Assembly: GCF_030028105.1 (NCBI RefSeq) | Contig: NC_092379.1 | Location: 28,079,821-28,143,820, forward strand | Reading direction: 5' to 3' | DNA from: Mobula birostris | Taxonomy: Eukaryota | DNA length: 64,000 nt | In this document: piece by piece, positions 10,890 through 24,281 of the stretch | How the letters are laid out: every line of letters starts with the position of its first letter | Position numbering within the stretch: position 1 is the stretch's first letter | Program-made: the position numbers and the translations under genes | The notes under the pieces: model-generated | Databases searched by the model: none | Told to the model about the DNA's origin: nothing | What the model saw: the letters and a program-made list of their open reading frames with translations, nothing else

Positions 10890-13800
10890 TAAGTAACGCT
10901 CACAGATGTTACAATGTAAAGGGTTGAATGGGAGGGGTGATGGGTGGGGGGTGCCAACTATATCAAGCTCTCAAGAATCTGCTTCCAAAGCACTTAAACT
11001 TTTTCTAACGGATTTAAATTTAACTGATTTGTGGAGGGTGCATAATCAATTTGCCAAAGACTAAACGTTCTTCTCCACAAGACTTAAAACGTTCTCTCGG
11101 ATAGATTACATTCTTATATCCTCCGTTCTGCTACCTTTAGTACACTACAAGGAATTTTTGCCCAGACATCTATCTGATCTCAACCGAGTCATATGTACTT
11201 TTAATTATGGCAAAATTAAAAATAAGGCTACAAGGTGGAGGTTTAACTCCACCCTTCTAAAAAACGACGAATTTCTATCACAGCTGAGAACAAAACTGAC
11301 AGAATTTATAAATTTAAATACAAATAGTGTCTCAGATGTGACAGTGATTTTGGCCTCCATCAAGGTTTTCTTACGAAATAACGCTATATCGTTCAGTTCT
11401 CACCTACATAAAAGCCAGCTTCAAAAGATTTCCACCTTAGAAGAAGAATGTAATGTTTTGGAAAATGATCTCAAAAGCATATACACCATAACAAAAGATA
11501 ACGAGCTCAAAACAGAACAAGCAGAATTAAGCGATTTATTAAGAAGCAGGGCAGAATGTATGATCCATATATACCCAAACATAAGTATTACGCAGAAGGT
11601 AGCAGACCGAGCCTTCTTTTAGCTCTAACGCTCAAACAACAGGAAACTAAAAGATCTATACCAGAGATTAGATGTGCCGAACGTAGAGTAGTATCTTCAA
11701 CAGAGGAAGTAAACGAGACATTCAAGAATTACTTTAAAGAATTGTATACAAGTGGCTCAGTTCCTTCTGAGAATGACTTCTCAGTTTATTTTTTAGTGCA
11801 TTACACCTCCCTACGTTGCCATTAGAGGTCACAAAAACCCTATACACTCCTATTACACTGGATGAGCTACTCAGAGCAGTTAAAGATACAAATAAGGGCC
11901 GTACGCCAGACATAGATGGCATACCTGTGGAACTTTATCTAGCACTTTGGGCTATTCTTGAACCAGTATGGTCTGAAACATTCAATTATGCTTTTGAAAA
12001 TTGCGCTTTCCATAGAGATCTAAACACAGCCATGATCACAGTTATACCTAAGCCCGGTAAGGTCCCCTTGGAGTGTGCCAATTACCATCCAATTTCCTTG
12101 ATAAATGCAGCCCTCAAGATATTTTCCAAAGTCTTAGCCAGTTGACTTGAGACAGTAGTTGGAAAAATAATTAGCCCAGATCAAACGGGCTTATCAATGG
12201 ACTTCTCGCGTCTGATAATATTCGCCGGCTCTTACACGTACTGAGTGGAACACATAAAATCCCGCCTGCCTGTGGCCTGCTATTTCTAGATGGTGAAAAA
12301 GGGTTCGATCGCCTTGAATGGCCATATCTTTGGAGAGTTCTAAAATAATTTAAGTTCGGCGATAAGTTTATCAATATGATTTTAACACTGTGTGCTAATC
12401 CTTCAGCCCGGGTATGTGAGGGAGGAGGTTTCTCAGAGTTATTTGGTATAGGACGGGTCACACGACAAGGGGACCTTTTTTTCTCCTTTATTTTTTTACT
12501 ATATCTATTGAACCGCTTGCACATTTAATTAGAAACTCTCCTCAGATCTCCCCTAGATCAATAGGTACAACATCGCATTCAATATCACTTTAAGCGGACG
12601 ACACGCTAGTTTATATGGTAAATGCTCAACAAACTCTCCCCTTTGTTTTAAAAACATTGGAGCAGTTTGGATTTCATTCAGGATACAACGATAATTTTTC
12701 ATAGTCAGCACTGATGCTGATTAATACGTATAAAAGTAAGGTGTCTCTCCCTCCCCAGATTAAAGCTACAAATGAGGTCCTCTACTTCGGTATTAAAGTG
12801 AATACTTCCCTATCATCTGTGGCTAAAACAAATTACTTTTTAATTATGTAAAAATAGATGAAGCTACTAACAGATGGAGACACCTGCCAGCATCAGTCCC
12901 AGCCCGTTTATCGGTCATTAAAATGAACATCTTACCCCGCATTAATTTTATCAACTGAATGATCCCCCTTGCACCTCCAGCAGGATATTGGTAAAAACTG
13001 GACTCCCTACTACGATACTATGTTTGGAATGGTGAAAGACCCAATATAAAATGGTCAGCTCTACAATTCAAAAAGTCGAATGGGGGATTGGCATGTCCAA
13101 ATTTTAAATTGTATCTCTGGGCATTTGTATTAACAAGTCCTGGCTATTGGATGGAGGAGGATTAAGTTTCGTCAGTGAAAAATATAGGACACGAGCTAAT
13201 AGCACCAATAAGTTTGAAGGACTTTCTCCTTGTAGGTATGTCTACCAAAAAATCCGATTTATATTACAGTCCAATTTTAACCCATATGCAGACGTTTGTA
13301 CTACTAGTGTTTAGAGCAGCAGAAATACTCTTAACATTTAAAAGCGTATGGTGCAAATCATCTCCATTGTTGAATAGTAATCGTTTACTATCTGGGGGGA
13401 AAACCATTCATTAACAGAACTTGGGTTGATAAAGGTATTACTACTCTCAAGATATTAATGGGACAAGTACTATCCTTAGCTTTCAAGAACTGGTATCTCG
13501 AAAAAATATTGATAAACATTCTCTTTTCTTCTACTTTTGAGTAAGATCAGCTTGTAAAACCTATGGTGTTCCTTGGGGTCAGATTTAAAGGACTATCCAA
13601 TTTTATGTTGGATACAGAGTGCTCCAGGACAAATAGTTTCATATATCTATGATAAATTAAATTCCATGAATTATATGCTCACATCGAGAATGAAAGCTTG
13701 GGATAGGGACATATCTGAATTGGGGCAATACTGAGACTGGGATGTGATTTGGGATAATGCTGCCGGCGCTTTGAAAAAACCCAAATCATCGGTATATACA

Positions 13801-14290
13801 CTTGAAATGTTTCTCATAGAGCATATTTAACACCAATAATTTGGACATCAAATGGGATTGGTTCCAGGCCCATATTGCTCATTTTGCCCCCATGGAGCCA
13901 TTGGCTCTTTTATACATGTTGTATGGGAATATCCAGGGGTTTTTGATTTGAGGGGGAAGGTTATCAGTACTCTCACATAACTAACAGGGTAAAATAACAA
14001 TAGACCCTGCTGTACATCTTCTAAATGATGACTTCCACGTCTCCCTTATAGAAAAACAAAACACGCAAAATATGGCTGGCAGGCCTAACTGCAGCTAAAA
14101 AGATTGTAGTCCAGCGTTGGAAACCTCCCCATGATATTTCAAATATTCACTGGCTTCGGAGTTTTTGGACATTTTTTACCTGGAACTTTCATCAGCAAGG
14201 GTAAAGGATGCACGACCAAACACAATCTTAATGTGGACAAATTTGATATCTAACTTAAAAATTATTTTGTTAAAAAATGAATGCTTTGTC
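10890..14290 (+). pseudogene. L1 ORF2 (endonuclease + RT), frameshifted, endonuclease partly deleted
   Basis: NVKGLNG, SRIDYIL, WRFNSTLL, GRTPDIDG, NYHPISLIN, GTRQGD and ADD-like motifs spread over several frames. Confidence 0.87.
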
Positions 14291-15184
14291 TGAGTATGTG
14301 CTACTATTCCGTTGATAGGTGGAGGGGAGTGGGATAGGTGGAGGGGGATGGTGATGAAGGTTGGGGGATGGCTGGGTTAAGAAGTCAAAATGTAATTGAC
14401 AACTGGTTGTATTGAATGTAATTTGTTGGTATTGCAATAAAAAAAATAATAATAAAAATGCAGGCCACAATTTATAATTCACACACGCCCCCTTGTGGAA
14501 GTCTGGAAAAGAAAACAAGTTCTGCTCCGTAGATGAAAAGCCTTAACAGTTTAATCAGAATTAACTTGAAGACATTTTCCAGCTGATCCATAGATCTTGA
14601 AATTAAAAAAAAAAACAAAGAGCACAGGAAGAAATGCAAATATAAATGAAATAATTCATTCTAAATCGAGGAAAATTATCACTTCCGGATTGTGTTGAAA
14701 TCGGTATGATATATCTTATTTCATTTGTTACGCTGTCATTTACTGATGCAAACATTTTTTCGCTTGTTCTTTGTCATCGTGAACAATGCATGAAGGAAGA
14801 CTGACGCTCTTTAACTTTATCCAAATATCAATCATATTGTACTGATTTTTTAAGTTCTTGAGATCGAATGCTTCATTAAAACAGACAATTAATTAGTCCC
14901 AAGGGACCCAGGTATTTCCTTCATATTTTTCTTTTTCATTTTCTAGATCTGCCTGAATGTATTCCCTGTCTCAGAAGACATGCGACACACGTGTATTAAA
15001 ATTGCGCCTACATCGTCTGTTGTTATAGGAGCGAAAACATACTACGAAAACATTCTTACAAGGCCTGCTAATATTAGATTATGTTCGCTATATTAGCTAA
15101 TCCTCTGTTTATTCTGCAGGGATCTTTAACAATTATTTTTCAATAGTCGGGACAGCCTTGCACTCTGGTCACTCACTCTGCATA

Positions 15185-17576
15185 AGGAACCAACTAGAGA
15201 GCAGGCTATTCTGGACTGGGTTTTAAGCAATGAGGAAGGGTTAATTAGCAATCCTGTCGTGAGAGGCCCCTTGGGTAAGAGTGACCATAATATGGTGGAA
15301 TTCTTCATTAAGATGGAGAGTGACATAGTTAATTCAGAAACAAAGGTTCTGAACTTAAAGAGGGGTAACTTTGAAGGTATGAGACGTGAATTAGCTAAGA
15401 TAGACTGGCAAATGACACTTAAAGGATTGACGGTGGATATGCAATGGCAAGCATTTAAAGGTTGCATGGATGAACTACAACAATTGTTCATCCCAGTTTG
15501 GCAAAAGAATAAATCAAGGAAGGTAGTGCACCCGTGGCTGACAAGGGAAATTAGGGATAGCATCAATTCCAAAGAAGAAGCATACAAATTAGCCAGAAAA
15601 AGTGGCTCACCTGAGGACTGGGAGAAAATCAGTGTTCAGCAGAGGAGGACAAAGGGCTTAATTAGGAAGGGGAAAAAATATTAAGAGAGAAAACTGACAG
15701 GAAACATAAAAACTGACTGTAAAAGCTTTTATAGATATGTAAAAAGGAAAAGACTGGTAAAGACAAATGTAGGTCCCCTGCAGACAGAAACAGGTAAATT
15801 GATTATGGGGAGCAAGGACATGGCAGACCAATTGAATAATTACTTTGGTTCTGTCTTCACTAAGGAGGACATGAATAATCTTCCAGAAATAGTAGGGGAC
15901 AGAGGGTCCAGTGAGATGGAGGAACTGTGCAAAATACATATTAGTAGGGAAGTGGTGTTAGGTGAATTGAAGGGATTGAAGGCAGATAAATCCCCAGGGC
16001 CAGATGGTCTGCATCCCAGGGTGCTTAAGGAAGTAGCCCAAGAAATAGTGGATGCATTAGTGATAATTTTTCAAAACTCGTTAGATTCTGGACTAGTTCC
16101 TGAGGATTGGAGGGTGGCTAATGTAACTCCACTTTTTAAAAAAGGAGGAAGAGAGAAACCGGGGAATTATAGACCGGTTAGCCTAACGTCGGTGGTGGGG
16201 AAACTGCTGGAGTCAGTTATCAAGGATGTGATAACAGCACATTTGGAAAGCGGTGAAATGATCGGACAAAGTCAGCATGGATTTGTGAAAGGAAAATCAT
16301 GTCTGACGAATCTCATAGAATTTTTTGAGGATGTAACTAGTAGAGTGGATAGGGGAGAACCAGTGAATGTGGTATATTTGGATTTTCAGAAGTCTTTTGA
16401 CAAGGTCCCACACAGGAGATTAGTGTGCAAATTTAAAGCACACGGTATTGGGGGTAAGGTATTGGTGTGGGTGGAGAGTTGGTTAGCAGACAGGAAGCAA
16501 AGAGTGGGAATAAACGGGACCTTTTCAGAATGGCAGGCGGTGACTAGTGGGGTACCACAAGGCTCAGTGCTGGGACCCCAGTTGTTCACAATATATATTA
16601 ATGACTTCGATGAGGGAATTAAATGCAGCATCTCCAAGTTTGCGGATGACACGAAGCTGGGTGGCAGTGTTAGCTGTGAGGAGGATGCTAAGAGGATGCA
16701 GGGTGAATTGGATAGGTTGGGTGAGTGGGTAAATTCATGGCAGATGCAATTTAATGTGGATAAATGTGAAGTTATCCACTTTGGTGGCAAAAATAGGAAA
16801 ACAGATTATTATCTGAATGGTGGCCGATTAGGAAAAGAGGAGGTGCAACGAGACCTGGGTGTCATTATACACCAGTCATTGAAAGTGGGCATGCAGGTAC
16901 AACAGGCGGTGAAAAAGGCGAATGGTATGCTGGCATTTATAGCTAGAGGATTCGAGTACAGGAGCAGGGAGGTACTACTGCAGTTGTACAAGGCCTTGGT
17001 GAGACCACACCTGGAGTATTGTGTGCAGTTTTGGTCCCCTAATCTGAGGAAAGACATCTTTGCCATAGAGGGAGTACAAAGAAGGTTCACCAGATTGATT
17101 CCTGGGATGGCAGGACTTTCATTTGAAGAAAGACTGGATGAACTGGGCTTGTATTCGTTGGAATTTAGAAGATTGAGGAGGGATCTGATTGAAACGTATA
17201 AGATCCTAAAGGAATTGGACAGGCTAGATGCAGGAAGATCGTTCCCGATGTTGGGGAAGTCCAGAACGAGGGGCCACAGTTTGAGGATAGAGGGGAAGCC
17301 TTTTAGGACCGAGATTAGGAAAAACTTCTTCACACAGAGAGTGGTGAATCTGTGGAATTCTCTGCCACAGGAAACAGTTGAGGCCAGTTCATTGGCTATA
17401 TTTAAGAGGGAGTTAGATATGGCCCTTGTGGCTACGGGGATCAGGGGGTATGGAGGGAAGGCTGGGGCGGGGTTCTGAGTTGGATGATCAGCCATGATCA
17501 TAATAAATGGCGGTGCAGGCTCGAAGGGCCGAATGGCCTACTCCTGCACCTATTTTCTATGTTTCTATGTTTCTAT
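15185..17576 (+). mobile_element. 5-prime-truncated CR1 LINE, young
   Basis: CR1 ORF2 sequence with (TTTCTATG)n tail at ~17553-17576. Absent from the paralogue (CTGCAGTTTACACTGG at ~43812). Confidence 0.95.
15799..17478 (+). CDS. CR1 ORF2 reverse transcriptase domain, open for 559 aa
   Basis: KSPGPDG, NYRPVSLTS, GVPQGSVLGP and FADDTK motifs. Upstream stop at ~15682. Confidence 0.9.
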   Translation: MIMGSKDMADQLNNYFGSVFTKEDMNNLPEIVGDRGSSEMEELCKIHISREVVLGELKGLKADKSPGPDGLHPRVLKEVAQEIVDALVIIFQNSLDSGLVPEDWRVANVTPLFKKGGREKPGNYRPVSLTSVVGKLLESVIKDVITAHLESGEMIGQSQHGFVKGKSCLTNLIEFFEDVTSRVDRGEPVNVVYLDFQKSFDKVPHRRLVCKFKAHGIGGKVLVWVESWLADRKQRVGINGTFSEWQAVTSGVPQGSVLGPQLFTIYINDFDEGIKCSISKFADDTKLGGSVSCEEDAKRMQGELDRLGEWVNSWQMQFNVDKCEVIHFGGKNRKTDYYLNGGRLGKEEVQRDLGVIIHQSLKVGMQVQQAVKKANGMLAFIARGFEYRSREVLLQLYKALVRPHLEYCVQFWSPNLRKDIFAIEGVQRRFTRLIPGMAGLSFEERLDELGLYSLEFRRLRRDLIETYKILKELDRLDAGRSFPMLGKSRTRGHSLRIEGKPFRTEIRKNFFTQRVVNLWNSLPQETVEASSLAIFKRELDMALVATGIRGYGGKAGAGF

Positions 17577-18146
17577 ATTACACTGGTTCCTGATAGATTG
17601 GAAAAGATTATCAGGTATATGATGAATAGCATGAACCCTTCTTTGCACTGCACGGATGATGTCTTTTCTTGTGGATCTTTGTTTCACGTTCTCTTTCATT
17701 TGTGAAATTGAGGACCCGGTATGTTGTCTTTGCCACAGGTTTACATTAAAGTGCTTCGCACTACTAACTTTGTACGTGTTGCGTTTAACGTGAGCATACA
17801 GTGAACTGGTTTTGATCCTATTTACTGATGTACAAACTCTTACCATATTACAACCACAACTATAAAATTGGCTTTTGCGTCTGCTTTCACAGTGATCGTC
17901 TGACAAAGTCCATGACATTTACTGAACAATTAATCGCGTTCACAAATTTCACATAGGGAGATGCAAAAATAACGAAAGGACGTAGACATAAAACTGCTTC
18001 ATACTAAACCAGGTGCTGATACATGAGACTGAGTTATTGGACAAATTATTCTTATTCCTACGATAGAAAGTGCGATATACAATATCACCTTTGTTCGCAA
18101 TGTGTTACGTGAAACTAAAGTAACCTGCAACATCACGTATTACAAT

Positions 18147-18952
18147 TGTTACGTAATCGGCAACAATGAACATCAATCGAGAAAGGTTATTTAAAAACAA
18201 CCAAACATTCACTAAACAGGGATAAAAGATAAAAAAAAACGAACAAAAAAAAACTTAACCGGAAATTAACCGTTATGCAGCCGCTCAACAAATCGTCACT
18301 TGGCACTGGTTCTTAAAACGTTAAATGCGAAATCAGTTCTTAAAGCGATAAAGTCAGATATAGTTCTTAAAGTGGTAAATTCGAAAGTCCAACAGATTTA
18401 TACGTTCAATTGGGAGAGAATTCTCTGGAGAAGGATTTCTTCGCAGACGCAGCATTCCTGTCGGTTCTGTCTACAGGATTACTTTATCAAGAGTTATGTC
18501 GATGCAGGTCGCTACTCCTTCAACAAAGACTCAATAAGGTCGATCCTTTATTGAACTGCTAGATGATGCCGATTCCTCTCGATCCATCGGTCCTGTACTT
18601 CAATAAAGTCTTCACTGTCCCTTCTACTGCTGGAATATGGTAAATCAGCACATCTAGCCAAAAATTTCCAGTCCAATAATATTGTATTTTGCAATAGAGC
18701 GCAACACTCCGTTTTATAAATGAAACTGAGTCACAAAAACAAACACGCAACAGAAACGGAGACACAACATGTTCTACCTCGAAATCTACAAACTAAAAAT
18801 TAACTGCGTCCTCTGGGGTCTACCCTTATACACCCCTGGTGCACATGTCATCACGTGACTTCACATCGGCGGGAAAATTGCATCAGGTGACCTCTAAAAG
18901 ACTATTACATCATTCTCACAAAAAAAAACAGATCTCCTTGAGGCATGTAACA
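18147..18952 (-). repeat. 3-prime LTR of the Gmr1-type element
   Basis: TGTTACGT...TGTAACA; direct repeat of 23160-24024. Confidence 0.92.
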
Positions 18953-21900
18953 CCTTCCTCCAAAATAAATTGGTCTCTTAAAGAACAAATTTTTAACAAT
19001 TAACAATTTACACAAAATAATGCAAAGGTATAAAAATTTACTGCATACACAATATATACAGTCTTATCTTTCAGCAGCTTACAAGCTAATGTACAGTAGC
19101 AGTGTTACAAATGTGAAAATACCACTCCAAAATGCAAATTTTCATTGTACATTTAACATCTAGACAGACAATCAGCGATCACATTATCTTTACCCTTAAT
19201 ATGATTGGTCAAAATATTGAACTCCTGTAACATTAGACTGAATTATTAAATCGGAGTTTAATTTCGTTACCCTTTTCCTTAACAATCACAGTGGCATGAC
19301 CAAATTCACTTTTAGCCAAGTTAATAGTTAAGTTAGCTTTTGAAAGTCTCTCAAATAGCTCCTCCACCGCAGTGATATGTGTTCTCCATGTAATATTTCC
19401 TGTAACTACATCTTCAATAGAGGCATCTGTATCTTTTAATCCCTGAATCACGCTATTAATCATCCCCTGAAAAGTACCTGGTGCATTCTTCATCCCAAAT
19501 GGAAGAGTATTATATTCATATAATCTAGGTGGGGTTACGAATGCTGAAATCTCTCTACCTCTATCCATCAATGGAACACACCAATAATCTATTAACAAAT
19601 CAATTTTTGTTGGGAATTTGGCCTGTCCAACTTTATGCACGCAACCATCTACACCAGTGAGTGGATATGCATCAGTTTTTGTCACAGCATTCACCTTTCT
19701 GTAATTCGTACAGACCTAATACTATTTTCTGGCTTAGGCTATATAACACACGTTGAACTCCAATTCGAATTAGAATGTCTTATAATATCGTTCCTCTAAC
19801 ATATACTTAATTTCTTCTTCAGCATGTTCACATTTTGCCCTGTTCATTCGATACGGATGATGTTTTAGCTGTTTTGCATCGCCAAAATCGATATCATGTG
19901 TAGCTACGGCGGTTCTTCTAGAGACGTCCGGAAATGAATCTCTGTATTTAAAAATTAACTGTTTCATCTGCTCTCTCTGCTCTGGCTGTAAATGAGGTAT
20001 ATTTTTCATCCAAATTTTCTAGAATGTTTGAATTCGATAACCTGGCTGAAATAATGTTCGATTTAAAATGAGTTTCAGATGAATCCTCCATTAAGTTTCT
20101 ATCAAGATCGTACTCATTATTGATCACAACAGTTATAGCAGCAACTTTTCCCTCATGATACGGTTTTATCATATTTGTATGACACTTTGTTGTTGTCTTC
20201 CTCCGACCTAGGGTTTTTACCAAGTAATCTACGCCCATTTACCTTAGATTTAATCTCATAAGGACCATGAAATTTGGCTTGTAATGGGTTCGTTTGAACC
20301 GGGAAAAGAGCCAACTCCTTATCTCCAGGCTTAAATAACCTAATCCTAGCTTCTTTATAATACCAAGTCTTCATCTACTCTTGAGCTAACTTTAAATTGT
20401 CCTTGGCCAAGCTACAACTTTATGCAACCTTTCTTTAAAACGTAAAACATAATCTAGCAAATTAGTGCGTACTTCTTTATTAATACACTGTTCCATCAAC
20501 AAGGACAAAGGTCCTCGAACTCTATGTCCAAAAACAAGTTCAAAAGGACTAAAATCTGATGATTCCTGTACTGCCTCCCTTACTGAGAAACGTAGTAAAT
20601 GTATACCTTCATCCCAGTCCTTTTCATTTTCCACACAATATGTCCTGATCATAGTTCTTTAGTGTAGAATGAAATCTCTCCAAGGCTCCTTGTGATTCTG
20701 GATGATACGCTGAGGAAATAACCTGATTTGCTCCCAGTTTATAAACTATCTGCTGAAACAACCCAGACATAAAATTACTACCTTGATCTGATTGTATTTC
20801 TTTACGCATCCCAAAATAAGCAAAGAATTTTATGAGAGCATTTGGCACAGTTTTGGCTGTTATATTCCTTAGAGTCACTGCCTCTGGAAAACTAGACGCT
20901 GCGCACATAATAGTTAATAAATATTGATGTCAAGCTTTAGTCTTTGGCAAAGGACATGCACAGTCTGCAATGATTTTTGAGAACGGCTCACCAAATACTG
21001 GAATTGGTTGCAGGGGTCCACTGGAGTAACCTGATTAGGTTTACCTACAATTTGACACGTATGTCACGTTCTACAAAATGACGCCACATCTCGTCTTAAA
21101 CTAGGCCAATAAAAATGTTTAGAAACTTTGTTCATAGGATTCTTTGCACCTAAATGACCACCCAACGGAATACCATGAGCCATAGCTCAAATCTCATTTC
21201 GGTAAATTTTTGGAACTACTACCTGATGATTAACTTCCCATTCCTCACTAGCAGGAATTGTAGGCGATCTCCACCTTCTCATTAATACACCTTTTTAAAA
21301 TAATATCCTACTGGTACTTTTTTTTTCAATTTCACTATTTGGAAGATCTTGTTCCTTTAATTTAACTATCTCAGGATCTCTACCTTGCTCTGCTACCATC
21401 TGCTTCCGAGATAAAGACAAACATCCTGGTCAGACTTACCCCCAAAATCCTAATCAAATAATGTAGGTATGAAAGTTTCTGATACATCCTCAAAATTCCA
21501 ATCTTGACTTGAAATGTCATGGGTAACAACTTCATCATATACATCAGTCTTTTTAGCCATAGTTCTTGTTACAACACAGGACGAATTTGTGTTAGAATCC
21601 CTCTGTGGTTCCTCAGAATTTGAATTTATTGTCAAATGCACTTCAGGAAAAACTTGTTCACCTGCTAAATCATTCCTTAACAAAAGAGAAACATCATTCA
21701 CAGGTAAACTCGATTGTAGTCCTACTTTAACAAACCCTGTAACTAATCCTTCTGTTATAAATTTTCATATCCCTTCTTAAGTTCGTCAGACTCTGACAGA
21801 TCTTCATTAGTATTATCTGAACCCTGTGACTTTACAAGTTTTTCAATATGCTGCACACAAGCATCTAGGACTACGGTTTCTTTTCTTTCTTTCTGAATCG

Positions 21901-23159
21901 AAAGCAATTAGTTATACAAGTCCAGGTTTCTTAATATAATTACAAATAATACCAAAATGTCTTTCCTTCACTTGTCTCCATTCATCCTTACTTTTCTCAC
22001 TACTTTCAGGTTTAATTTCTGGTTTACCTTGATTCTCTGTGCTATTTTTCCTTTAAAAAAAATACCTGGAGAGAATTTAATCTTGTGAATTAAAACATAC
22101 TCATCAGCTATTTCAGCAATCTCCGGCAATGTAGCAGTGTCCCGTTCATTTAAATATGTTTCTTTAAAATTCCTCCTCCAAAATCAACTCTTACAATTTA
22201 TTATACTCCCCTTTAACATTTTTAGAGGAAACCCATCTCTCAAAACACACAGATTTCTCATAGGCAAATTCCACATAAGTTTTTCTTCCACCGATTTCTT
22301 CATATTCCTGAATCTCTCTCTATACGCTTCCGGAACCATCTGATATGCCTTTAATATATGCTGCTTAACAGTATCATATTTCAGTGCTTGCTCAGCATCT
22401 AAAGCAGTATAAAGTTGTTGTGCCTTGCCTTTAATTACACTTTGTAACATCACTGGCCATCGGTCTTTCGGTCACTTTAAACTCAGAGTACAGTTTCGAA
22501 ATGCTGGAAATATTTGTCCACTTCAGTTTCATTAAATGGAGGAGGCAAAATAACCTCACGGCTAGCAATAAACTGTTTCGTAGAAACAGAAGACTGTTCC
22601 CAAACTTTAATTTCTGCATTGCTAGCTCAAATTTCCTTTGGTTTTCTGCTTATTTTTCTGCAAATTCCTTTTTTACGGGCCTCTCTTTCTTCAAATTCCC
22701 TTATTTTAATAGCCTCCCTAGCCGCGAATTCCTTCTGTTTATTTACAGCCTCTAACCGACTCTTTTCCATATCAGCTTCTAATTGCCTTAACTTTATTTG
22801 TTCCATATGTAACTGGATTTTCAGTTTACTCATTGGAAACTTATCTCACTTCCTAACCAGACAATTTCAAAGTAATATAATGCTCGGCGAATGTTCTTTG
22901 TATGAAAGCCTTGGTGGAATGTTTCGTAATTCCATTAATATCCAACTTCCCAGCAATCTCCAATACCACAGGTTTTCTCGCATTCACTAAAGACCCCGAG
23001 TCAGGTGTGTCCATAACCCGTCAATATCCATGGTTGCCGAATACTACTCACATCAATCAAACCAAAATAATTCGGATATTTCCCTTTTCAGAATAAAAAT
23101 GTCAATTACCAGCACTTACACTCAGAATCGGAACACCTCCCGCAAGGCCCCACAAATAA

Positions 23160-24024
23160 TGCTACGTAACCGGCAACAAATAACATCAATCGAGACGGGT
23201 TATAAAAAAAAAACAACCAAACATTTATTAAACACGGATAAACGATAAAAACAGACAAAAAAAAAACGAAAACCTTAACCGGAAGTTAACCGTTATGCAG
23301 CCGTTCAACAAATCGTCACTCGGCATTGGTTCTTAGAGCGTTCAATGCGAAAACAGTTTTTAAAGCGATAAAGTCAGATATAGTTCCTAAAATGGTACAA
23401 TCGAAAGTCCAGCAGATTGATACTGACTTCTCTGGAGAAGGATTTCTTCATAGACTCGACTTTCCTGCTGGTTCTGTCCACAGGATTCACGATGCAGTAA
23501 ATAAACAGTTTAAAACAACTGACCTTAAATTCTTATAGAGAGAGCAACCATTGCATGAACTCTCTTCTTTTCGCAAGAGTTATCTCGATGCAGTTCGCTA
23601 CTCCTTCAATGAAGACTCAATAAGGTCGATCATTTATTAAACCGCCGAACGATGCAGACTCCTCTCAATCCTTGGGTCCTGTACTTCGATAAAGTCTTCA
23701 CTCTCCCTTCTACAGCTGAAAGAGCGTAATCAGCACATATAGTAAAAAAAATCCAGTCCAATAATATTGTATCTTGCAATAGAGCGCAACACGCCGTTTT
23801 AAAAATGAAACTGCGTCACAAAAACAAACACGCAACAGAAACGGAGACACAGAAAGTTCTACCTGGAACTCTATGAACTAAAAGCTAACTGCGTCATCTG
23901 GGTTCTACGTAGTGCACATGCCATCACGTGACCTCACATCGGCGGAAAAATTACATCAGGTCATCTCCAAAAGACCATTACATCATTCTGACAAATAGCA
24001 CAGATCTCCCTGAGGCATGTAACA
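23160..24024 (-). repeat. 5-prime LTR of the Gmr1-type element
   Basis: TGCTACGT...TGTAACA; about 10% diverged from the other LTR by eye. Confidence 0.92.
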
Positions 24025-24281
24025 CAATTAATATTTATTTATTATAAACTAGTGGTAATTATTCTCAGATATATCATATCGTCACCTAAATATGTCCTCA
24101 TTACCTTATAAAACATATTGCTTTTTTTATTGTTAAAACCCAGTGGAGTGGTTCAAATGACGTTCAGAGACTGTTTTTCCAGCTTAGTTCGCCATGTGTG
24201 TTTCACACTGTTTGCAGTAGTTTGCAATGCAGAAATGTAAACAGTAGTTCTGAGAAGTATCATCCCTTTTCTCTCAATTTC

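Larger units (their letters stand above)
9052..14454 (+). mobile_element. Full-length-sized L1-clade LINE (5.4 kb), inactivated
   Basis: 11-bp TSD AAAATGCAGGC at 9041-9051 and 14455-14465. 5-prime GACTTCCGGT and A-rich tail are present. Carries ORF1 and fragmented ORF2. Empty site at ~43045. Confidence 0.93.
18147..24024 (-). mobile_element. Gmr1-type Ty3/Gypsy LTR retrotransposon (gag-IN-RT order), decayed, RNase H missing
   Basis: Two LTRs and 4-bp TSD CAAT (18143-18146, 24025-24028). PPT GGAGGAAGG next to 18952. Degenerate tRNA-Pro-like PBS next to 23160. SCAN-like gag at 22184-22453, HHCC + integrase core at 20400-21190, RT at 19233-19920. Confidence 0.92.

Noticed and set aside
16809-17501. 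230-aa antisense ORF
   Set aside because: Typical antisense shadow of CR1 RT.
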